NCBI GenBank assembly: GCA_032718475.1
Contig: JAUCBJ010005961.1
Span: 1 to 47,157 of the forward strand
DNA length: 47,157 nt
Reading direction: 5' to 3'
Source of the DNA: Nemertoderma westbladi
Lineage: Eukaryota > Animalia > Xenacoelomorpha
Made by a program: the position numbers and the translations under genes. Positions within the stretch are counted from its first letter, which is position 1; each line of letters begins with the position of its first letter. The notes under the pieces were generated by a model. That model searched no databases and was not told the origin of the DNA. It saw only the letters and a program-made list of their open reading frames with translations. This document shows, piece after piece, positions 25,247 through 33,830 of this stretch.

Positions 25247-25624
25247 TTTTATTAAATATATTATAAGGTTAATTAGAACAATTAATTGTAAGTTGCATTA
25301 ATTAAAATTACTTGTGTCGATTTGTTGAATGTGAATTTTTAGAGAGCAGGGAATGAATGAGAATAAACAAGCTGAGCCAAAGAATTGAATCAAATAATCA
25401 GGGTTTGGCAAAAAGAAGCCCCAGTTTATACTTGGCACATTCATATTCATACGAGACTGAATTTGGTACTAATATTTCATATAAAAATAACATACACCCA
25501 CCCACACACACTGTCCTCACTCTTCCGTAATATTTTAATACGTAAAATCAAACTTAAATTCACCACTACATATACCAACATAAACACAAGCGAAGCCACC
25601 AGCTACTTGTGGCACAGATGGTAC

Positions 25625-25842
25625 GCAGCAAACTTTGCCCGCAAGAAAGCTTCGCCCGCGTCCAATCTTCGCCCAGAGCAATATTTGCCCTCATAATGAG
25701 TGTTAACAACATCGTTTATTGTTTTGGTTAGATAATGTCGTTTCTGTAACCTGCTCCTTTCCCCCAATCGGGCGAAGGTTGGACGCGGGAGAAGATTGGA
25801 TGCGGCGAAGATTTCCCGAGGGCGAAGATTGCATCCAACCGC
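25625..25842. mobile_element. Probable MITE remnant with inverted subterminal repeats
   Basis: cttcgcccgcgtccaatcttcgccc on the left and gggcgaaggttggacgcgggagaagattgga...gggcgaagattg on the right. Confidence 0.5.
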
Positions 25843-27725
25843 ACATATATATGGCTGATCGCTGAGGTTTTTGTGCAGCTTAATTTCTGGATCTGCCGTC
25901 ATTGCACCGCAGGGCAGGTCTATCACCTATGCATGCAGTGCACGCCTTGATGAAGTGCTTTCCCTATTTTCTGAAATGGTACAGATTTACATCGTGCGTG
26001 CCAAATGATGCCTAGTAGTCTTGTTTTTTGGGGAAAGGGTGGGGGGTTGTGCTTTGCCTTACTCCCTCTAGGGGTGATTCTTCTCACCCACTCCCTTGTC
26101 CGTCCACTGATTCTCTACACGTCTTTGACAACACAAACCACTAAGCCAGAATAAGTACAATGCTTTCTGAATGGGAATGCCTAAAGTCTAAAAGCTTTAG
26201 TACCAATATAGTACAAAATTAATAAATAGGAGTGCACAGTGAATAATTTATCTTTCCTGTCTTGTCTTTAAATACATGGCCAGGTCGCCGTGGAATCCGC
26301 TTATTTCCAGAATTGCCCTTATCATGACGTAAGCGGGTACTTGATGTACACTAGTTATGGGACTCAATTGATACCATTGGTTGGAAATTGGTACCCAGAA
26401 TTACATCAGCAAATCGTTCCATGGGATCCAAGGAATAGATTAGTACGTGCCATTGATTGTAATTCCTTGTGTAATCGTTGACAATCTTGCTACAAATTAT
26501 AAATTCTCTCACGGTTGATTTCATGCATTGAGATATGTTGACTATCTAGATTTCTGCGAATTATTGGTAATCAGATACTTAAATATGTAACGTTATTTGG
26601 CCGTGCGTAATACTCGTTGGCTGATTTGGCTGTCTATAACTTGTAACATTTCACGTTTCATTGCTCGAACGACACTCTTGTGGCGCAAGTCCGGATTAGG
26701 GAGGGGGGGGGGGGGGGGGGGGGGGGGCAAGCAAGGGGCCCGGGCGACCCACTAAGTGGGGTGATAAGACTTTGATTTTTACCCCGAATTTAACAAAAAT
26801 TACTGATACTGCACAAATCCTTTGATTACTTTATAGTTTTTAATGATGTCCTTGTATTGAGACTTAATCATGTTGAACCCCCAAACTAAACTGCCTGGCC
26901 ATAATTAAACCATCTGACAACAATAAAATTATTTGTGGGACAAAATCCGCTAAATACCAAATCTGCTTGAAGATTTTGCTTGGTCCGGGGGACTAAATTC
27001 ACTAGCAAATCTGGCCCTGGTGGACTGCATCTGCGGGGGACCAACTCCTCTATGACACCGCAGTTCCGGTACCGGTAGTTCAGGGAGGCTAGTACTGTAG
27101 TAGTGAAGCCTGGTTTCTCAGCACTCTGGTATACATGTGGCATGCAAGAAGCTAAAAGTACCTACAGAATGTTAAGATTCCTGTGAAATCGAAACAATTA
27201 TGGCAGTATGGTATGGTGTATGGTCACCTGGTGAGGCACGGCTGTAACGGCTTTATTGACTATTGGCTGATGGGTGATGGGGGGTTGTGGGGAATTACAC
27301 CCCACTCCACAGTTCAGCAGTTTGAGTTACTCAATTACTGAATTACCGGAATTAGTAGGTACCGTTCAGCAGGTAGCTGGGTATGCCTTCGGTATCGGTA
27401 TCAGGTATACTTGTATAGGCATGCCTAATCTGATTTTTATTTATTAAATTAGGCTAAGCCTATAGCTGTAGGGCCTATAGCGCTATAGCAGTATAGTACC
27501 GGTACCCTAACTATTGAACTACTGAAATACAGAACTAGGTTTGGCAAGACAGCAAATTGCTGAACTCTGGAACTGGCAACGGGTGTTTTTATTTCCTGCT
27601 AGGCCTAGGCTATACTAATACAGTAATACCAGGTACAGTTACAGGTTCCAGCGTCCAGTATTGCAGTGTAGATCTGTTGATTATATATTCAGATATTACT
27701 GAATTACCCCGGTTTATAACCATCG

Positions 27726-28583
27726 ATGGATCCTGCCTTACTCAGGGAACACCAGGCGTTCACTAAGCGAGCGTTGTCGCTGCCTACGGTGGAACGTAGA
27801 CCGAAGAAGGAAGATGTTGTCATCGCTAAATCAACGTCTCAACCGCTCAAAAAGCGACCGGCGCAGAGCGGTTCTTTTTCTTTTAAAGTCAGTCAGGATC
27901 CGGACTATTACAAGTCGATGAAAGCCTCCAGTTCCTATAAGTTTAGCATACTCGCGAAAATCGTGAGTCACATGCGGAGTCGGCACAAACAGGGCGATTC
28001 GTACCCGTTGAACCTCGAGGAAATCCTGGACGAGACTCAGCAGGTTGAGCTACCGGTTAGGGTCAGACAGTGGCTACAGACCGAGGCCATGGTTAATAAC
28101 CCAAAACTCGAGGTATTGGAGGAAGATGGACAGACTAAATTTAAGTTTAAACCTCCGTTGCCTTGTAAGGATAGTAAGAGTTTGCGTAGACTCTTAGAGA
28201 AGTACGATATGCGAGGCAAGGGAGGGATCTTATACGACGATGTGGAAGAAAGTGTACCCAAGGTTGAGAAAGTAATGCGGTTATTAGGGGACTCTGTGGT
28301 TACTGTGCAGAGGAGCGGGGATAAAAAGAAAGTTCTCTTCTACAACGATAAGTCGTGCGATCTGTGTGTTTCCGATGAGGTTATCAGACTGTGGAGGTCG
28401 GCGACGGTAGACGCACTGGACGAGGGTTACATTACCGAATACCTCGAGAAACACGGACTCACAAGCATGCAAGATTCCCGGCCCAAGACCGCCCAGCCCA
28501 AACTCAAGAAGAAATCCTCCCGGAGGACTAATGTTAAGGTTACTAATGAGCATCTTAAGGACGTACTAGTTGACTATCAATGA
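27726..28583 (+). CDS. GTF2E2: General transcription factor IIE subunit 2 (TFIIE-beta), intronless CDS, 285 aa
   Basis: MDPALLREHQAFTKRALSLPTVE N-terminus, YKFSILAKIVSHMRSRHKQGDSYPLNLEEILDET, WLQTEAMVNNPKLE, DKKKVLFYNDKSC, LWRS and C-terminal NEHLKDVLVDY all match TFIIE-beta. AATAAA at 28634. Confidence 0.95.
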   Translation: MDPALLREHQAFTKRALSLPTVERRPKKEDVVIAKSTSQPLKKRPAQSGSFSFKVSQDPDYYKSMKASSSYKFSILAKIVSHMRSRHKQGDSYPLNLEEILDETQQVELPVRVRQWLQTEAMVNNPKLEVLEEDGQTKFKFKPPLPCKDSKSLRRLLEKYDMRGKGGILYDDVEESVPKVEKVMRLLGDSVVTVQRSGDKKKVLFYNDKSCDLCVSDEVIRLWRSATVDALDEGYITEYLEKHGLTSMQDSRPKTAQPKLKKKSSRRTNVKVTNEHLKDVLVDYQ

Positions 28584-28663
28584 CGACCAACCAGCAATCC
28601 GGTCCCTATTAGAGTCTATATATCAGTACTACCAATAAATGCAGTCGAGTGCTAATGAATATA

Positions 28664-28675
28664 TGCGCATGCGCA
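28664..28675. promoter_or_regulatory. NRF1/ewg-type palindromic site, candidate PIGL promoter
   Basis: Perfect TGCGCATGCGCA, 25 bp after the GTF2E2 AATAAA, followed by a short CpG-containing stretch. Confidence 0.5.
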
Positions 28676-29819
28676 ACTCCAGCAATTTTTTTAAGTCTAT
28701 TTGACTGGGCGTCGTGCGAGCCAGTAACAATCGAATCCTTATCGCTTAGCGTGCAGAACGAGAGCGGTTATTATGTAGTTAGTTGTCGGTATCTATTATG
28801 TATTATTATTATTATTTAAGCTAACCATACCACTGTACGATTGCTATAAAGTGTTGGTAGTTAAGTACCTACTGTAGTAACGTAGTACTAACTAGCATAC
28901 GATGTTAGTCAGCCAATAGAGGCTCCTAAAAATTATAATCATCGCCGGCTGGTGTCCTTGTACTATATCTATATTGATAAACTTAGGGGGTGAATTAAGT
29001 CGTCTGGTTAAATTCTTAGAGAAATAATAAGATTCTTAGTCATAAACAATAAACTAATGTTTGTTTATTCATTTTTTCCCAAATACCTATTTATTGTTGC
29101 GTTGAAATAATAAATTTTTCCTGTATCATATTTTCAATATCGGTAAACGATCCATAAGATTAAACTTAATGCCGGTGTAATGTGTTTCTATTACTTTTCT
29201 TGTCATTCTTCTATTTCTATTGTTATATTTATGAAATTCGTAAATATCGAATTATTATATTTGTGGTTGCATTGCTTAGCAAGTTAAAAAGTGTTATACC
29301 TTAAAACCTGGTTTTTCTCACAGACAAGCAATAATGCCCAATAGATTAGTATACCACCGGATGCATGAGGAAGTAAACTGATATGTATATTATACTAACT
29401 AATATCTATTAACTATAAAGTATAATTTACTCGTAAATATTTATTTTAATAAACTATAAAATATTACTTAATGCCGAGATGGATTTAGTGGTCCTACTGG
29501 TGGATCGATTATTGAACGCGCGGAGTAGAAAGCTTTATATGCAGTCTTAATTTTATATCAATACTATCTATATCAACCCCCCCCCCCCCCCCCCCCCCCC
29601 CATACATTACTTATTTCCTTCCGGTAATAATAACTTAAAATATAATATTCCAAAAAATATCGTATCTTTTGAATTAATTTATTTGACCTTTAAGCTTAAG
29701 ATTTATGCTTAGAAGAGCGTAATGGATATTATATAACCATAACCTTGAGTATACATTTAATTTGATTTTCTCAGTTATTCGTTGTCTTACTTATATAGTT
29801 ACTATTTTGATTGATTACC

Positions 29820-30683
29820 ATGTGGCTAATTGATTGGCTCACGCGTATTGTATACGTGCGTCTGATTGGTTGGGACCTACCAGAGGAAGCCCCCAGCTCC
29901 CAGTTATCCTGGGCCTGGTTCCTCCCCATTCTCGTCGCCATCTACCTTCTCGCCTACATACTAGCCGCCATCATTCTCTACGTTGTCTGCGCCTACTTCC
30001 CTCTCCGATTAAACTTTACGATTAAACGAATCCCCGGCACTGCGTTGGTTATCGTAGCTCATCCCGACGACGAAGTAATGTTCTTCGGTCCTACACTCCA
30101 TGGGCTGCGAGATGCCGGCTGGCAGGTTCGTTTAATCTGCGTAACTACGGGTGACTTCTACGGCGAAGGGGCGACGCGCGTAAAGGAGTTTAATCGCTCG
30201 TGGCTCGCGATGGGCTTCCCGGCGAAATCGGCTGCGATAATCGACCACCGACAGCTCCCGGACGATCCCGGCACAAAGTGGGACGTCGACGTTCTAACCG
30301 CTAATATAAAGTACCACGTCGACGAAATCGTTCCGGATGTCGTCGTTACGTTCGATCGGCGCGGGGTATCGGGACACGCCAATCACGTCTCGCTCCACGA
30401 CGCGGTGGTTCGGTTGCAACGCGGGTTGGAGTTACCGCGACATTGCACCGCTTACAGACTCACCACCGTTAATCTCTCCCGCAAATACCGCTGGTTCTTC
30501 GACATATTGCTATCGGTAGCGGACTGCAAGGCCTACAATCAGCAACTGTTTGTTTCGCCTCCCGGCTCAACAGTTCGCACGCAACGTGCCATGCTGCTCT
30601 ATAAGAGTCAAATGGTTTGGTTTCGTTGGCTGTATATCGCGTTCTCTCGGTATATGTACATTAATAGCTTGGAGATGATATAA
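29820..30683 (+). CDS. PIGL: N-acetylglucosaminyl-phosphatidylinositol de-N-acetylase, intronless CDS, 287 aa
   Basis: N-terminal TM segment, AHPDDEVMFFGPT, LPDDP...W, VTFDRRGVSGHANH, KSQMVWFRWLYIAFSRYMYINSL. Strong acceptor tttgattttctcag at 29774, upstream of the ATG. Confidence 0.95.
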   Translation: MWLIDWLTRIVYVRLIGWDLPEEAPSSQLSWAWFLPILVAIYLLAYILAAIILYVVCAYFPLRLNFTIKRIPGTALVIVAHPDDEVMFFGPTLHGLRDAGWQVRLICVTTGDFYGEGATRVKEFNRSWLAMGFPAKSAAIIDHRQLPDDPGTKWDVDVLTANIKYHVDEIVPDVVVTFDRRGVSGHANHVSLHDAVVRLQRGLELPRHCTAYRLTTVNLSRKYRWFFDILLSVADCKAYNQQLFVSPPGSTVRTQRAMLLYKSQMVWFRWLYIAFSRYMYINSLEMI

Positions 30684-31697
30684 TCTTTAGGTTAATTTTT
30701 TAATGAATATAGTAGTAGTTCATCATGTTTATCATTTCATTAACAACAACTGATTGTTTATTTCAATATAATAGTCAAGTCAAATATCAAGATACGATAT
30801 AGGACTTCCATGCTCCCTCTGTTACACCCAATATTGTTCTAGTCTTATACATTGACATTGTTTGTTTCTTCCTGTAAAATGTTGTTAGTTTTACGTATCA
30901 CTAGCATTCCCTTTATCTTATCGTTATTTAGCGAAAAAATTATCTGTCAAATTTGTTTGCCAAATCATATTTTTAAAAAGTTGGTGTATTGATTTGCGTT
31001 CTAAAACCTTAGGTGTTTCTTGTTTCACTGCGGTGACATCCTAGTATAATTTCATTTAACATTGCAATCTTATTTTATATATATTTTGTAGAAACAGTTT
31101 TATATATAGTATTTATGTTTGAGCACAATGAGCTTACCTGAATTTGTGTAGTCGCTAAAACTCAACTATAGAAATGTTCTTTCTTTTTTGGTTTATAATA
31201 AATACACCATGTCCTGGAATATAGTGTCGTTATTCAGTTACCCCCCCCCCCCCCCCCCCCCCCCCCTCCAAAAATAAAAAATTTATATAAATCTTATGAG
31301 ACGAGACTGCATGATATTTGAAAGAGAGTTAGTTTCATTTCATCTTATGAAATTGTCAACTTCAAAACTCATTTCATCTTATGAAATTGTCAACTTCAAA
31401 ACTCTACTACTTCTACAATTTTTGAGCAATTAGTCTGAAAATTTATGTGGGTGTCTGTCTACATAGCCACCCTGCATAAAATTATCAGAAAAATTTTTGA
31501 AATTTTTTGTTAATAAAATTTAGTACTATTTATAAAAACTAAAAAATTCGCATAAATTTGCAGGGTCACCTAGCGGTGCAGAATTATTTTCGTAAAATTT
31601 CGCCTGATAGTTACGTTGACCCACATTTAATCTATCATATAAAAAACAAAATAAAAAAATTCTCATGTGATTAGATTCAAAACTGTAAAAGCCTTAA

Positions 31698-32961
31698 CCC
31701 TATTACCACTGGGGTGTTTAGACCATTAGCAGCACTGGCGGGGGTCGATTCGGCCCCCCACTGTATTTTTGTAATCATCCAATAAAATCCTACGAAATTT
31801 GGGCTGTAGGTGAAAAAATTATCGAAGAACATTTTCAAATCCAAAAAAATGAAAATTTCATAAGGTGGGTATAATAATTTTCATGAAAAATAGAAGTAGT
31901 CCCAGGACAAAATATACATTTTTTTGATATTCTAAAAACTGATAGTGTGGCATTGTTGGCTAGCATTAGTAGGTTTTTCACTACGCTGAATCGAATGTGA
32001 TTATATTCCATTTCCTAAAATTGAACTGGATGCTATTTTTCGTGCACCTAAGAAGTGGGCGTGGCACTTCAAATTTTGAAAAATACGATATTCGGAAAAT
32101 ACCCCCATCTTTTGATTTCAACGCGTTTTTATAGGTTTTCTGGACCGCTGAATCGATTGAAAATATTATCGAAGCCTGAAGACTTAGTGGTTCGGCATTT
32201 TTGGTGCACCAAAATTAGGGAGTGGCACTTATTCAAATTTTGAAAAAGTACCACGCCCTAATTGTGGTGTACCAATAATGACGTACCACTAAGACTTGAA
32301 GCTTCAATATTACTTTCAATCGATCAGCGGTCCAGATAACCTATAAAAATGGGTTGAAATGAAAACCTTGTGGTATTTTCTGAATATCGTAATTTTGAAA
32401 ATTTGAAGTAAGCCTACTTGCCACGCCCTAATTTTGGTGCACCAAAAATGATGTACCACTAAGAATTGAGTCTTCTATATTACTTTCAATCGATTAAGCG
32501 GGCCAGAAAACCCATAAAAATGCGTTGAAATCAAAACTTCGGAGTATTTAACGAATATTGCAATTTTGAAAATTTGAAGTGCCACGCCCTAATTTTAGTG
32601 CACCAAAAATGACGTACCACTTCCCTTACATACTTATATAGAGTAGTAGAGTGCTCCATACGAATCAGAATCAATAAAAAAAAGCCCCAACATAAAGAAT
32701 TACTAACTCACAAATGACCTTGTAAAATTCGAAAATTTCAAAAAAAATTCTGCTGGGGACCAAATTTTGAGGTGGCACCCACATCGAAAAGTTGAAATCT
32801 AATTGCAACGCCGTTTTTTGCAAAAGATGCGCCATTAAATTTGACTAATTCTCGTAAAAAATTGGGCTGGTACATAATGTGGTTGCATAGATACAGCAAT
32901 TAAAAACTAGGAAGGGGCCGATCCCCCCCCCCCCCCCCCCCCCCCCCCAGTGGTAATAGGG
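31698..32961. mobile_element. Non-autonomous piggyBac-like DNA transposon
   Basis: TTAA|ccctattaccactgggg ... ccccagtggtaataggg|TTAA (17-bp TIR, TTAA duplication). Internal ~165-bp unit in inverted and tandem copies at ~32055-32620. Confidence 0.8.
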
Positions 32962-32964
32962 TTA

Positions 32965-33321
32965 AGGCCTGTTTACACGTGGCAACTTTAGAGCAACTTT
33001 CTCGGCAACTTGTAGAGCAACCCAGGTTGCCGATCAAGTTTCTCCGTGTAAACACGTAAAAAAGATGCCGCAAAAGTTGCTCAACTTTTACGGCAACTTG
33101 AAGGAATTAGCGTTGGCGAATTAAAGCGGACTAATCAAATTAAATTATCAAAAACTAGCTAGTAGATAAAATGACCCACTATTTTACAGTCAAACTAGCC
33201 AAGTTGCTCTAAAAGTTGCCGGTCAAGTTGCTGGTCAAGTTGCCACGTGTAAACAGCGATTAAATTAAGTTGCTCCAAAAAAAGTTGACGAGATAGTTGC
33301 TCTAAACGTGTAAACAGGCCT
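32965..33321. mobile_element. PIF/Harbinger-type MITE, family A copy 1
   Basis: TIR aggcctgtttacacgt, TTA duplication, gcaactt/aagttgc subrepeats. Near-identical to 40603-40974. Confidence 0.88.
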
Positions 33322-33664
33322 TTAGGGTTTTAAGCGCAACCAAGTTTTTTTTATTGTTAACTAGACAAGTATTAACTAATATTAAATAGATACATTAAAT
33401 ATATACAATTTTTTTCTGACCTGTCATGTAGAATAGCATCTTAGATAAATAAAAGAGTTGTTTGAAAATTTTAGTTAAGTTTAGGTGCCACCCAGTCACT
33501 TAAAATAATTAGTTTAATTGCACTATACTTTGCCTCACAATATATTTGGCAAATAATTATTTTAAACTCGCCTCATTAAAATTTTGTATCCACGCGCCAA
33601 CAAAGGCAACAATTATCGAACTTGTGAATTTCTAGTATCAACTGATTGGATTGTCATGGAATTA

Positions 33665-33678
33665 GTATCCTTAGCAAC
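33665..33678. promoter_or_regulatory. Candidate RFX X-box upstream of the VWA/DUF4537 gene
   Basis: GTATCCTTAGCAAC (good RGCAAC half-site) ~150 bp before the ATG. Motif match only. Confidence 0.35.
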
Positions 33679-33830
33679 GGATATACACAACACAACCTGG
33701 TAGTTGTTACCGTTGTCAAACTGTTGGTAATTATTTTTCCAAGCAGCTAGAGTGAAGTAGTAGTAGGCAGCAGTTGGGCGGTTTTGAGTGAAATACTTTT
33801 AATTCACTGTAATAATTCTGGTATATCAAA

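Noticed and set aside
29820-30683. Bacterial horizontal transfer or contamination to explain the intronless CpG-rich ORFs
   Set aside because: PIGL has the eukaryotic TM anchor and C-terminal WFR.LY..FSRY motif; RIOK3 and TFIIE-beta are eukaryotic genes embedded among the same repeat families.
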